A stretch of DNA of 64,000 nt from Paraspadella gotoi. Taxonomy: Eukaryota; Animalia; Chaetognatha. Each line of letters opens with the position of its first letter. Position 1 is the stretch's first letter. The DNA lies in contig CM119268.1 in NCBI GenBank assembly GCA_051294375.1, positions 12,965,770 to 13,029,769 of the forward strand, given 5' to 3'. The translations under genes and the position numbers were made by a program. The notes under the pieces were generated by a model. The model was given only the letters and a program-made list of their open reading frames with translations. It did not search any database and was not told the origin of the DNA. Positions 1-13,383 of the stretch are shown piece by piece.

Positions 1-3000
1 GACGCTGCCGCGATGGCCACTCATGATGCCTACTCCTCTTTTCGGTATTTGAGAAACTGACCTTCTTTATCTCTCATTCCTGTTTTGCGACTTTTTTGGG
101 TTTTTTTTTTCCCCCAAGACTTCGAGGACTTGACCCAGAAGCCTCTGCTCGAGATGGCGATGGCAAGGAGGGCTTGTCCGTTTTCGGCTCTGAGATTCGT
201 GGGCGTGCGGCATCAGGCGCCGCCACTCTCGACGATATGTTGGCCGAAAAGCGGCGTGTGGAAAAGGACGCAGATAAGAAGCTGCACCCTCAAGTTGCCG
301 TCATGAAACCGATCTTGAGATTCTTACAACTGCTTTGCGAAAATCACAACAGGTTTCTTTTCGGATGCGGATTTTTAGACCGGGATTTCTTCAAATTTTG
401 AATCTTAATTTCGCTTTCCTCTCCATTCCGAAGAGATCTGCAAAATCACCTTCGTAACCAAAAGAATCGTAACAATTACAACCTGGTCTGCGGTACGCTG
501 CAGTTCCTTGATACAATTTGTGGCAGCACCACCGGAGGTCTTGGACTTTTAGGACTCTACATTAACGAATCCAACGTCGGTCTTATCAATCAGGTTTGTC
601 GTGTGCCGCAGAAGATAGTTGCTGGAAAATGTGATTAAATTTTCTTTTTATTTTACCACTAAGACGCTGGAGAGCTTGACGGAATATTGCCAAGGTCCTT
701 GTCATGAGAATCAAAACGCAATCGCGACTCACGAATCCAACGGAATCGACATCATTATTGCTCTCATTCTTAATGACATCAATCCACTGGGTTATTTTCT
801 TAAAATATTGAAAATTCGGCGTCGATAATTGTTTAATTTAACTTATCTTTCGCCACAGGAAAGCGTCGCATGGAGTTGGTGCTGGAGCTGAAAAACAACG
901 CCTCAAAACTCCTCCTCGCCATCATGGAGAGTCGTCATGATAGTGAGAACGCCGAGCGAATCATGATCAACATGAGTCCGAAGCAGCTCGTCGAAGTCGC
1001 CATTAAGGCGTATCACGAAGACCCTTCTCCCGGCGAGGACGAAGACGAGGAGAGCGAAATCGACGAAGAGGAGATAAACAACGAAAACGATCCCGACGAC
1101 GTCTCGCCCAAAGAAGTCGGTCACAACATCTACATTTTAGCTCATCAGTTGTCGCAGCACAACAAGGGTGAGTGACTGCGAATTTAACGAATTTCATTGG
1201 AGCTCTTGTCCTCAAGCTTGCCTTCCCGTTTTCCTCTCTTCAGAACTGGCCTCGGTTCTGGTACCGGAATGCGCCGTCGATTCCGCCAGTCGCGAGGCTC
1301 TGGGATATTACAAGAAGCACACGACGCAGATCGAAATCGTTCGCGCCGATAGAACCATGGAACAGGTGAAATTATATTAAATCCGAATCTATTTTTTTAC
1401 TTTTTTTGTGTTTTCCTCGACTTTAAAAACTTGACTCTGTCCTAAGATTACGTTTCCGGTTCCGCCGATTTGCGAATATTTGACTCAAGAAACAAAGACT
1501 CGTGTCCTTCTCACCGCCGATCGCGACGATCAAGTAAGTTAAGCGAAATAATATGCTGTAAATCTAGTGCTTATTGGTTATATTTTTTGACAATCAGGGC
1601 AGCAAAGTATCCGACTTTTTCGAAAAAACTGAGGAGATGTTTCAGGAGATGAGGTGGCAGAAGCAACTACGAGCGCAGCGACTTCTTTATTGGTTTTCCA
1701 GATACTCAATGCTTTGGTCGCTCATCTCATTTTACTTAGGTGAGCTTATGAAATAAATGAAAAAGAAAATTACGGTAGATTTAAGCGGTGTAAACACCTG
1801 GGAATTTTTTTTTTCTTCAGCGGTTCTGATAAATTTGATGGTGGCCACCTGCTACCCTTTCGACGCCCACTCGCAATTGCTGTCGACGCTGCGCACCTAT
1901 CGGGTCGCCACCTACCTCCTCTTCATTCTGGCCGCTTTCAGTGCGGTCAGCGTCGCCCTATTTCCTAAAAAAGGAATGGGCCTCCTCTTCATCGTCTCCG
2001 CCATGTTTGGTGCGAAGGAATGAATCAACGATCGAAACTCACATTTGTGACTAATTTTTTAATTAAATTCAACGTCCAGCCTTGATCCTGTCCTTCGGAG
2101 TGGATTGGACTCTGCGCCTCGTGGGTTTCCTCCTCGTCCTCAACAAGTTCGTCTCCATCGTCTCCTTCTTCGGCAACAGCGGCACCTTCAACAAACCCCT
2201 TGCCGACGTTGTTTCCGACTTTCAAGTCGTCTACCACGTCACTTATCTTGCCTTGTGCATCCTGGGATTTTCTGTGCACGAGTTCTTTTATAGGTAGAGT
2301 AATACGTTAACGATAAGGAATGCATTGTTCGGCTTGTAATGGTTTATTTTATTCGTCATCATTCAGTCTCCTCCTGCTTGACGTGGTTTATCGCGAGGAA
2401 ACTCTTCTGAACGTCATCTACGCGGTGACCAAAAACGGACGCTCCATTCTGCTGACTGGCGTCTTGGCAGTCATTCTCATTTATTTGTTTTCCATCATCG
2501 GCTTCATGTTCTTTCAAAGAGACTTTGTCATGGAGGTAAGTGTGAATAATATTTCCTGATCGCAATGAGAGTGGCGCCATTTAAATTTTTTCAGGTGGAT
2601 GTGAAGCCATCGGCGGGGAACGCTACGTCCGTCGCCGAGATTCACTTCGGAGAAAATAACGACACCTGCACAAGGCACAATTTATTTTTCCTTTTGACAA
2701 GCCTTGACTACGAGCCAACCTTTTCTTTCTTCTACTGGAACAGATCTGAGAACGGAGAAACGTCGTGTCCCGGGCAGACAAGTCTCCCCACCGACGTGAT
2801 CTCCAGCGATGACGAAGACGATAAAGCCCGGGAAAACACTTGCGAAAATTTGTTTATTTGCATAATAACTACCCTAAATCAGGTGCAAAAACTTGTGTAA
2901 AAGCCAGTAGTGACATAGTAATTTTAATCGTCATTCGTCTTGTAAGGGTCTACGAAACGGCGGCGGGATCGGCGACGTGCTTCGTCCTCCGTCCATCACC

Positions 3001-5280
3001 GAAAGCTCGTTCCCATTCCGCGTCATCTACGATTTGCTTTTCTACTTCATCGTCATCATTATCGTTCTTAACCTCATCTTTGGTGTCATCATCGATACGT
3101 TCGCGGATCTCAGAGGTGAAGTGAATTTGTTAATTTCCATTGTGATCCCGGTACAACTTCTGTCAACCTTAACCTCTCCGTCGTTACAGGAGAGAAACAA
3201 CAGAAAGAGGAGATTCTGAAGAACACCTGCTTCATCTGCGGCCTCCAACGAGCAGCCTTCGACAACAAGGCCGTCAGCTTTGACGACCACATTCGTGTCG
3301 AGCACAACATGTGGCACTACCTCTTCTTTATGGTCCTGATAAAAGTTAAGGATCCCACCGAATTTACAGGTGATTAGTTTTCTGTTGTGGTCGCCCTTTT
3401 TGTGGAATAATTGACGTCAACATCGTTGCAGGACCCGAGAGTTATGTCGCCGATATGGTCAAGGAACGAAACTTAGACTGGTTTCCTCGACTAAGAGCAA
3501 TGTCGCTACAGGCGCAAAACGAAGCGGGTAAATTGCAATAAGGAAAATTTTCAGAATTAAATGAATAAAAAACTTAACATAAATCATAATTTTAATGATT
3601 TCATCAGAGGGCGAACAAAACGAAATGAGAAATTTGACAACCGAGTTGGAAAAGACGAAATCATTGGTTAGTTAAAATCTCCACTGCATCAAGTGAAATT
3701 AAATGGAATGAAGATTGAAAGGGTCCGTTAATATAGGTCTCGACGCTGTCCGAACAATTAGCCGAATTGAAGGAGCAGATGACTGAGCAGAGGAAACATA
3801 AGCAGCGGGTCGGCCTTCTCAACACCACCGCCCATCTGCCCACCGCCAACCCCTCCGCATCTTTTCCGCCCATGGAACAACCGGGACCGCATCAGGTGTG
3901 CGATGTCTAGACAAATACTGAGAACACTTTCAGGATTTCGTTTGGATCTTGTTTGATACCTAAATTTTAACTTCTTTTTGGAAGGCGGTGGGTTCAAATG
4001 GAAGTGGAGCAAATGTATTTTAAAACCTCTCCGTTTTTTATCTCGCCAGACGGGCGATTGCCCGACTTGGGCGAGATGTTAATTCGTTTCTGCTTCTTTT
4101 GATTGTAGTTGTCGTCGTTGTTACGCTGTTTTAACATTAAAAATTGTTCAAGTGTGTAACCATAGGAAGCTGAAAATTTAGATATGGCTTCTCATCATTG
4201 ATGTCTTTTAAATTGTTTTTTATTCTTATGCTCATTTGTTTGTTTTATTTATAAAATAATTTTTATATATATAAACAAATTCAGCTCTGCAGGGGCTGTC
4301 CAGCGGCTGTCCAGTTTTTTTCTATATCTCTCTCTTTTTCTTTTTTTTATTCCGTCGCAGCTTCTTCTGATTCTCTTAAAAACGAGTTCGCTCTGCATCC
4401 GCTGTCCAGCTTCTCTCATACATGCATTTGTTTATTTTTTTTTTATAATGAATGATTATCATCGCATCAATGAATGATTATTATTGTATCAATGATTGAT
4501 TATCATCACGTCAATGAATGATTATCATCGCATTAATGAATGACTATCATTGCGTTATTAAATAATTATCATTGGATCAATGAATGATTATTATCACATC
4601 CATTAATTGGTTATTATCGTATTAATCATTTGGTTATCATCGCATCAATCCTTTGGTTATTATCGCATCAATCCTTTGGTTATCATCGCATCAATCTTTT
4701 GGTTATCATCTTATCAATAAACAAATATTATTATATAAATTAATCAATTACTATTATATCAATCAATCATTCATTTATTTTTACGTCAATCATTCAATTA
4801 CTATTATATCAATCAATAAATTATTAATACATTAATTAATTATTATTACATCAATCAATTACTATTACATCAATCAATTACTATTACATCAATCAATCAA
4901 TAAATTATTATTACATCAATCAATCAATCAATTATTTTTATATTAATCAATCAATTATTATTATATCTATCAATCAATTACTATTGCATTAATAATTCAT
5001 TATCGCATCAATTTCATTAATTTTTTTTGATGGTAACGTCTGGCGAGATTACTATACTTTTAATATTTTTTTTAAAAAATTTTAGTTTCTTTCTGCTCTT
5101 AACTCGGATGGACTCTCGTTGCCGAATGGGTTTCATCCTCATCCTCCGCCTCCCATTCATCCCCTCGCATCCACCCGCGGCTCAGACCACTTCAATCATA
5201 GTTTTCATGCTCATTACCACCCTGATGTGGCCAGCCACGTCAATGGGAGTCCACATATTAATGGTGGCAATCACGCATGA
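1..5280 (+). CDS. ITPR: Inositol 1,4,5-trisphosphate receptor, 3' portion (multi-exon; 5' end lies outside the window)
   Basis: Exons encode [47 protein letters not shown], the TM region, pore [32 protein letters not shown] and zinc site CFICG...[11 protein letters not shown]. Stop is at 3910 if donor 3896 is read through, or at 5280 via terminal exon 5086-5280. Confidence 0.97.
4040..5075 (+). mobile_element. Helentron/DINE-1-like non-autonomous element in the last ITPR intron
   Basis: 13-bp subterminal inverted repeats ATCTCGCCAGACG (4040-4052) and CGTCTGGCGAGAT (5037-5049); a second partial inverted copy near 4068 forms a 5' hairpin; internal TATCATCGCATCAAT-type tandem repeats; T-runs at both ends. 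A related copy lies at 27250-27802. Confidence 0.55.
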
Positions 5281-6372
5281 AATAAGATATCGAGTTTTCT
5301 TTTTCAATACTGGCAATTATTATCTTAGAATATTGTCAGTAATAATATTAGTATCAAAAGACACAAAGATTTCATTTCTATTGAAGCCTTTTGAAAATAT
5401 AACTTGAGAGTTGAGGTTTTTGAGTTATTACTATGTTCCTTATTTCCTAGTTTAGAAATTTATACTCCCTTCTCTCACCCTAATTTTCGTCGCAACTATC
5501 ATTTTTGTACCGTCAGTTTTAATTCTTAGTTAACAATCGGAGGATCGCTAGTCATATTATCTGTCGCGGTTTTGATGCTGTCGTATCGTCCGCATATACT
5601 AGTCAAAAAGAAGCGACCTAAAAACATTTTTCAATACGGTATTAAAGAATTAGTATGGAAGAAAGTCTTTTTTTTTCCTAATGTTGTGACTCTATTTATT
5701 ACACTTAACTGCTGCTTGCCAGTCCTCTATTTTTCCTTCCTGTTTAGTTTTAATGTTCATTGCTGTACCTGTTCTATAGAAAAAAATCAAGTGCCTTTAA
5801 ATCGCAACAACGTGGAGAATTATTTAGTCACAAAAATATGCGTAATTCTAACTTTTCTTTTTAGACGGCCTAGTGCTGGGTCTCCGGTGTCTATATACTC
5901 AAGTTTGTCGTCCAGTGATCTTTTTGCGATATTGTTCGGTGATTCACGCATGTTTTTACATATTCCACGAGTTTGCATGTTTGTAACTTGCCCACGTTAA
6001 TTGTTAATTACCTATAATTAGATTTTTATTGAAATTTTTGTTGTTTTCATTGATAGTTTCTCTTTTGGAAATTATACGGCGTTCATTGTTTTGATTTTTT
6101 TTTGACAAATTTTAATAATGAGGTCAACTATTTTACATACCGGTTTAGTTACTTTGATTATAATACCTAAGACTCAGAATTCTGTATTTGTATCGACCCT
6201 AAAGCAATAAGACAATATATCAAAGCAATAAGATAATTCTATTACAAGATAGAAACAGCGAATCTTTGCTTCACTCTCTTTTATAATGGTTACTTTTTCT
6301 CCAGTATTAAAAGTGATTTGTTCGAAACTGAAAAACAAACGAACAATAAAAATCTACAATTTGGGTAAAAAA

Positions 6373-7291
6373 ATGGGTCGACCGGCCGGATCTCAGGGTT
6401 TCGATTACATGCATAGGGAGCGAGTCGCATCTCAGGTAGAACGATTCTCTTCACTTTAAGACAATAATATTTGAGAGGGGGAAGGGAATGTGAGGGAAAA
6501 AAATTATCAACCAAATCGTATTGCGTAAATAAAACAAAAATAGAACTATATTGTTTATTTCGAATAACTGATAATTTGATCGTTTCTTTTAGTACACGGA
6601 AAGCGTTCTCAACAAGAAGCGCCTCAAAGTCAACCTAATGTGTCACTTTTCAATGGTCTTTTTTTTGGCGCTTCGGGTTTCCCCCTTTATGTATTACTTC
6701 GCCAGAGAAAGGCAACAAGTACCGCCGGCGATGCCGTGGGAGGAGATCTGGTAATTAGAATCAGCCTGGGTGGGATTTTGTAAAAACGATTTTATAAACG
6801 GCCACGATCTTGCAATTTGGCCTCAATGCCTATTGAAATCCGATACATCCTCAGGTTGCTAAGCGCGATCCCTTCCGTGCTGTGCCTCTACTCTCTCGCC
6901 CGTAATCACGTGGCGTCCATGCAGGCGTCCATGGTGACGACGTTGTTTGCGGGCGGCGTCCCCCTTGCGTACGGCGCCTTTATTATGGTGGACGATGCAC
7001 TCGTCCTTTTTTCAGCCGACGAGGCAAAAATCAGAGGTACAACCATTATAATAGGCTATGGCGAATACAAAAACAATGAAATATTGAAGATACAATTTGT
7101 TATGCTTAATGTACATAAGTATCTTAATATTATCCATGTTTTCGCCAGCCCTGCCGCTCTTCTTCGGATTTCCCATCGTCATTATTCGTTACATGTTCGT
7201 CGCTCTCGCGCTGCAAATTCACGCCTTCGCCATGTTCCTTCAATACAAACTCATTCAGGCGTGGACCACGAGAGGGTCAAAGAAAAAGTGA
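6373..7291 (+). CDS. JAGN1: Jagunal homolog 1 (ER membrane protein), 4 exons
   Basis: Exon 6373-6435 MGRPAGSQGFDYMHRERVASQ joins 6593 YTESVLNKKRLK..., matching the Jagunal N-terminus (GSDFQHRERVAxHY). Also PWEEIW, LLSAIPS..SLARN and FFGF..LALQIHAF, with a C-terminal dilysine ...GSKKK*. Confidence 0.92.
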
Positions 7292-7516
7292 CATTCGTGG
7301 GGAAAAAATTAGATAACAAGTAACTTCTATTATAATTATTGTTTTAGAAATTTCCTTAGCAATTATTACGTTCCTTTGTTCCAAATCGATTTCTTGAGAA
7401 TACGATTTGAAGTCTTTGATTTTTGTATTGCAGGTCATTTTTTTTGTTATTGATTTATAAATTTTTTTTAGTCTTATTTTTTATTTATCACTTATGCCGA
7501 TCACTTAGTTATACGA

Positions 7517-10500
7517 TGGAATCGAAAGAGAACGATCCTCGTTTGACGTTGGAGGTAGAAGAAAAACCTACGACAGAAACGCTCTCCTATCGCGAGAAAG
7601 AAATTCTTTTGGATGTCCCCACCGGCTCCGATACTTCGAAGCCCAAACGTTACGCGTACATGCGATGCCTCTTGCGTCTCGGCAGCGACCCCCATCTTCG
7701 GCATGTCCCTTTGGAAGTCGGAAAGGAGTACTGGGTGGGTCGGTTGGGCTCCAACGATATGCACATAGACGACGGAATGCTATCTCGAAAGCACGCCGCC
7801 ATCAAAGTTGCCGAAACCGGTGAGTCTTCCTTGATGGACAATAAGAGCGCCAACGGGACTTTCGTCATTCCGCGCTGCAAGGAAGAAGAAAAGCTGGCTC
7901 CGATGGCCCCCCGCGCTCTACGAGATTTGGACGTTATTAAATTCGGGGTGACACGCCCGGGAACCAAGGAAGCTCCATTTAGATGGCGCTTTCACAAGGC
8001 CCTCAAATTTGCGGAAAACAACACATTACCTAAGATGGCTTTAGTTAATGCGGAGGGAGTTTCGCTCGAATCGGTCGTCGCTTCAGGCTTGAAACGCGGC
8101 CCTGACGAAGACGATGGAGAAGCGATCCCCGCCCCGAAAAAGAGTCGGCTGAGCGCCGCCTCAGACTTGGACGAACAGCTGCGCAAGTCTCGTCAACAGT
8201 TGGAGGATATGCGTCGCGAGTTAGAAAGAAAGGAGGAGGAGAAAGAAAACCTTCGACGCGAAGTTGAAAAGGAAGCCCAGTCAAAAGTAGAGGAGGCTCA
8301 GATGACGATGGCTTTGAGGCTGGAGGAAGAAAAGAAACGCATCGATCTTGAGTTGCGGCAAAGGCTCGCCGAGGAGATTCGCGCCAAAGAGTCGGAGAAC
8401 AAGGTTCACATGGAAACTGTAATGAAGAAGTTGGAGGAGGAAAAGTCGAATCTGACCAAAGAGTTGGAAGAAGCTTTCTCCCACGAGTCCGCATCCGCTA
8501 AAACTTTGGAGCGCTCTCTCAAGGATAAAGAAGAAGCCGTGGCGTCTGAACTTCGACTCGCCGAGGAGAGGATGGCCGAAGAAAGGGCAGCCCTGGAGGC
8601 TCGTGTACAGGAGGAAGTGGAGAAGAAGGTGGTAGAGTTGAAGTCGGCGGCGGAACGTCAGAGAGAGGCGATGGAGGCTGAGCGACGGCGCGCCGAGGAG
8701 ATCGTCGAGAGGGACTTGAGAGAAAAAGAAGAGAAAATGAAAGAGGAGTTACAAAAAAAAGTGACGGAGATGGAGGATGAAAAGAAGAGATTAGAGGCTG
8801 AGTATCAAGAGGCATTGCGATGCGAGGTTCAGTCGACCGAATCCGCCCTGAAGGAACAACTGCATACCGAGAAGCTCAAACTGGAAGCCGAAAGGGACGC
8901 CATTGCTAATTCTCTTCAGGAACAGATGACGCTAAAGATGGAGGAAAAGGACAAGGCGTTGGCTGACGAACTCATTCGACAGAAGGCCAAGTTGGATCAG
9001 GAATTGGCGACGCGCAACGCCAAAGAAAAGCTCTTGGCCGAGGAGCTGGAAAAAACTAAATCGGCGCATGCCGAGGCCCAGCTCCGCTCGGCCCAGTCCG
9101 TACTGGCTGACCTCGAAGAGACGATGGAAATGGAGCTTCAATGCGCCATCTGTTCCGAATTGTTCATCGATGCCACAACTCTTAACTGTTGCCACTCATT
9201 TTGTCAGTTTTGTATTGATGAATGGAAGCGTCGTAAGGCTGAGTGTCCCAACTGCCGCAAGCCAATCGTAAGTATGAACAAGTCGATCGTTCTCGACAGC
9301 TACATTGACAAAATGACGCAGCATCTCAGTCAGGAAATGAAGGATAGGCGGAAGATTTTAATCGATGAGAGGAACGCGGCAAAAGCAGAGGCTGACCGTT
9401 CCCGGAATCAGGGTGCAGGAGCGAGGGGAGGAGCCAATACGAGAAGAAACAACACCGGCAATAACCGCAACAGGGGAAGCAACAGGGGCAGCAACAGGGG
9501 CAATAGAGGAAATAGAGGTTCCGGCACGAGGGGAAGGGGCTCGAGGTCGGCCCCGACGTCGAATGCTGAAGGCACCAATTCTGCTAATTCTGCTCCTGGG
9601 GTTGCGTCCGCCACGGGGGGCAATAACATTCCCGGTAATTCGGTAACCAGTGGCTGCGCCAATACATGTAAATAACTTTCAAGGGCTTAATCTGAACTGT
9701 TATTGCGGCACTAATAATATTTTAATATTTATAAAAATATTTTATAAATTAAAATAATATTATTTTTGTTTTGATATATGATAAAAATTCTTTGATCAAG
9801 ACATAAAATAAAATAGAATAAGAAAAAAAATATATTAAAAAAATATTTAAAATAATAAAAATTGAAAAAAACAATTGTTATTTTGTTGAAAAGCAGGTGC
9901 AAGTGGGTACAGATTAAGTTTATTTTAAAGGTTCTTTAGTTTTACAAAAACTTTTTTTTTAGAGCTCTCTAATAGAATATGGTAAAAACATTATGCGTTA
10001 ATCCTTTCTTAAAAATTTAATAGGACTGTTCTTTTATTTCAGGAAAAAAGATTAAAACTTCTGGTGGATGTACATAAATTAAAATTAATTGCTATTTTGT
10101 TTTTTAAAATGTAAAGCTATTTAATTTATTAAGATTAAAACATACAAAACAGATGTAAGTAAAGATCTACAGGGTAGTGTTTCAAAACTTAGATAATCAC
10201 TTTTTTTTTATTTTGTGACGCATCGGGTGCATTTTAAGGAAAAATTTTAATTGAAGATACTTAACCATCCTTATAAATGACCCTCGTCGAATCGCGCTTG
10301 AGCGCAGGTCTTCACGACTTAGAATAGTAGTTATACCTCTTCTTAATAGCCTTCTTAATACTATAACATATTGCTAGGAAACATAATCATATTTAGTAAT
10401 GTTTTTAAGCTTTAAACCGGCGCAGAGCAAATTCAACCAATGTTGCATTCTTTTTAGTAGCGCAGCGTATTGTAAGAGCATGAAAAAAAAAACTTGAAGA

Positions 10501-11962
10501 GACAGTAATTATTGATATGAGTTAATGACAGAACCATTCAATATAAGCAGTTCCTGAGCTTCCGATCAGGCTGTAATACCGTGTTACAGGCGGGTTAAGC
10601 GCCCCGTCCCTCTTTACTGCTAGGCGACCACCGGGCTCGAACTCCGGACCTTTGGGTTGAGAGGCCTCCGGCACCAATGGCCGCTGATGAACGGTTGGTG
10701 GATTTTAATCCACCATAACCTATATCAGAAAGAGAAAACGTCAGTGATTATTTTAGTGTATTATAAAAAGACAATCAATAACTTTTTGCTTATAAAATCT
10801 GGTGGTAAATACTATTCTAAGTTTTCATTCACTACCCTGTAGTGGGTGCAGACAGAAGAGCAAATTTCTATAGAAAGTAAAGGGAAAATGCTCATAATAG
10901 AAAAAGTAAAAGACAAATCCTTCTAATAGGAAGGAAAAGTTATATAGACGGGAAAAAAAAGTACAATTTCAGGGGGTGAATAAGTGAGAGAATAACATTT
11001 GCTTTAAACTAGTTTTTCAATCAGGTACCTCCTCGGCCACTAATGCTCAACCCCTTAACGGGGCTCATATCCCTGGACCGGCTTCACGACCCATCATGCA
11101 ACAACCTCAACCGAGGCCTTCTCAACGTCATGTTTATATAGATTTAACACGGGTAAGGCCTTAAGTTTTAAATTATTCGGCTTAGTCGGTTCTTCTACTG
11201 TTGTTACTTGATTATAAGTATGAATTTAGAAATTACTTGTAGTGGGTATCGCAAGATTACCAAATTTGTCCATGCCAAATTTCTTATTTCCAAGCCCCGA
11301 CACACGCATCCTCCGCCACGTTTTATAAGTATAGTGGTTCCCCCCGGCGGAGCGATCCCTCCGGGAACAGTTTTGCCACCGTGGTGGTCGCCGGGTCAGC
11401 CCTGTCCTATTAATGTGCAACTAACGCCTGAGGGCCTCCTTCCCCCTGCATGGCGACAACTTGCTTCCCAATTCGCCGGTGCAAGAAACCATTTTTAACA
11501 CGCGTGCAGGATGGCAGGTATTTTTTTTTTTTAAATTGTTAAGCAATTAAGTGTCCTGTGAGTAGAAGCACGTATCGAGTAACAACAGTAGAATCATGAT
11601 AACTTTTTATAACTTATTTTGTTTGCTTTCAAAGACTGTTGAATGAAGGGTGAGTTGGGTACGTTTTTTTTTTTCGCAATCGTTTTTGAGCCTTTTTCTG
11701 TTTTTGGTTCGTTTTGAGTTGTAATTTTAGTTGGAAATCGAGTAAGAGGAAGAGAAATCGCTTACTCACCTTGCCCGACGGGATTTCCGTATTTCAGTAC
11801 GGCGGTTTGGGAGGATCGATTCCACTCCCGACTGGAGGACGGAGCGAGCGCGGGGACGACGATCGACATCGAGAAAGAAACCGGGATCGTGACAGGAATG
11901 AGGACCGAAGAGACCGGGATCGGAACAGGGATCGATATCCCGCGTCGAGTCGGAGACACTGA
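7517..11962 (+). CDS. RNF8: RNF8-like E3 ubiquitin ligase (FHA + long coiled coil + C3HC4 RING + low-complexity tail)
   Basis: FHA motifs VGR...SRKHA...SANGT and RING ELQCAICSELFIDATTLNCCHSFCQFCIDEW...CPNCR. Large exon 7517-9634 splices (phase 1) to 11025-11152, then (phase 0) to 11295 onward. Stop is at 11498, or at 11962 if the last exon 11798-11962 is joined; the 3' joins are uncertain. Confidence 0.85.
10170..10839. mobile_element. Tc1/mariner-type MITE nested in family C
   Basis: TIRs CAGGGTAGTG..AAAACTTAGA / TCTAAGTTTT..CACTACCCTG flanked by TA. Removing it restores TCTAGTGGGTGCAGAC, as in the uninterrupted copy near 51265-51280. Confidence 0.8.
10495..10717 (-). mobile_element. Solo LTR-like repeat (family B) with Pol III B-box
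   Basis: Homologous to 29137-29332. 5' hairpin GGTGGATTAAAATCCACC, B-box GAGTTCGAGCC, ends TA...CA, flanks AACT/ACCT. Confidence 0.55.
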
Positions 11963-12212
11963 TTTTGGGATAAAAATCCAATAAATTTATTTAGTCTTTC
12001 ATTTATAATTTTCCGATTCCATTTTTGGTTCCGAATCCATTTGCGATGATATTTTTTAAAACCACTTGAGAATCTGTTTAGTTAACTTTGTGTGCTTGAA
12101 CTTTTCTTTGTGATAACTTGTAGGCTATTTGTCCGTTTTATCCTAGTTTTTGTCAGATATTTTATCACCGCCAATGAAGTCTTTCTCGTACGATACTGAA
12201 TAGAAAAAGAAA

Positions 12213-13383
12213 ATGTGCGACCACGGACATTCGCATGGGGGTGGTAGCGGAGGCCACGATCACGGGGGCGATGATATAGGCGTTGGAAACTTTAATTTAT
12301 TTTTAAAAATTAATTTCTCGCAACTAAACTGCCTTAACGAAACCGTCGAGGGCTCTGCCAAGTCCGTCTTTAGACCGTGGGAGGAGCGAAATGACACCAC
12401 GAGATACGTCGACAGGTGGATTTACTAATTTCTGACCGATGAGAATGGGCCAAGTTACCTTGTAACCTTGTGTTCACCGATCGATAATCTCACAGCGATG
12501 CGGACGAAGAACTATTAATTAACGTCCCTTTTACTGGGAACGTGAAATTGAAAGGCATTGTGGTAATTGGTGGCAGCGAGGATTCGGCCCCGTCTCGTTT
12601 ACGTCTTTTCAAGGTCAGTTTTATTATTTTTTATTTTATTCATTTGAATCGAAATTTAATTAAAATGCTTGAGCACATTGAACAAAGTCAAATGTAAGAC
12701 TTAGCAAAAATAACATACTGTGGCGGTATATTCACACCGCCTCACGACCATCATCGTTCAGCCAATCCCATTGGCTCTGAGGGGAACACACCATCCCAAG
12801 CGTTGTGAAAATTTGAACATTTGAAGTTTGTGATCCAGCTTAGTAGTAGGGCTCAAAACGACTTCCATTTGCATTGGCAAAGCGAGACCGTCCTAGGGTA
12901 ACCGCGCCAGTGACAGGAGGCGTCACTGAGGGTCTAAAGGCCCCAAAGCCAACAGTGAGATGCCCCATCCCAATGGGCCTTAAAGGCAACCTGGCTGTTG
13001 CCATAATACTATTTTTCCTCTTAAGAAATCGTGGAATTTGGCTTTCATATCGTTGTCAAAAATATTGTCAACAGAACCGACCTCACATGACGTTCGATGA
13101 CACATCGATGGCCGCCGACCAGGAGTTCCAACTGTCCAAAGACACATCGGGCGTCGTAGAGTATCCGACGAAGATCGTCAAATTCTCTAATGTTCACAGC
13201 GTGTCTCTTCACTTTCCCGCCAACTTTGGTGAAGACTCAACGAGGATCTATTACGTTGGACTCAGGGGTGACTTTACGGAGGCTCAAAGGGAAGGGGTAT
13301 TGATGGCCAACTACGAGCTGGCCCCGAATCCCGCCGATCACAAGATCGATAATTTTAAAAGCGTTCATTCTTATATTCGTTGA
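12213..13383 (+). CDS. PITHD1: PITH domain-containing protein 1, 3 exons
   Basis: MCDHGHSHGG start; CLNETVEGSAKSVFRPWEER; SDADEELLINVPFTGNVKLKGI; NRPHMTFDD; TRIYYVGLRG; NYELAPNPADH. Confidence 0.95.
12719..13005 (+). mobile_element. Solo LTR (family A) in PITHD1 intron 2
   Basis: TGTGGC...GTTGCCATA ends; 4-bp TSD ATAC (12715-12718 and 13006-13009); closely similar to the LTRs of the TRIM at 51670-52348. Confidence 0.8.

Larger units (their letters stand above)
9648..10985 (+). mobile_element. Non-autonomous DNA-transposon-like repeat (family C) in the RNF8 intron
   Basis: Begins CAGTGGCTGCGCC and is colinear with an inverted second copy scattered over about 46235-52758 (52758 back to 52350, 51400-51172, 46277-46235). 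No matching second TIR was found. Confidence 0.6.

Noticed and set aside
5572-6000. 142-aa ORF between ITPR and JAGN1
   Set aside because: AT-rich, non-ATG start and no motifs; probably UTR or intergenic sequence.
7423-9675. 750-aa ORF taken as the full RNF8
   Set aside because: The first 31 codons are T-rich non-coding sequence from a TTG start, and the last codons run past a splice donor into a transposon end at 9648.
10680-10720. CTGATGA followed by a hairpin, suggesting a hammerhead
   Set aside because: No GAAA or cleavage triplet follows; it is the antisense of the family B head.
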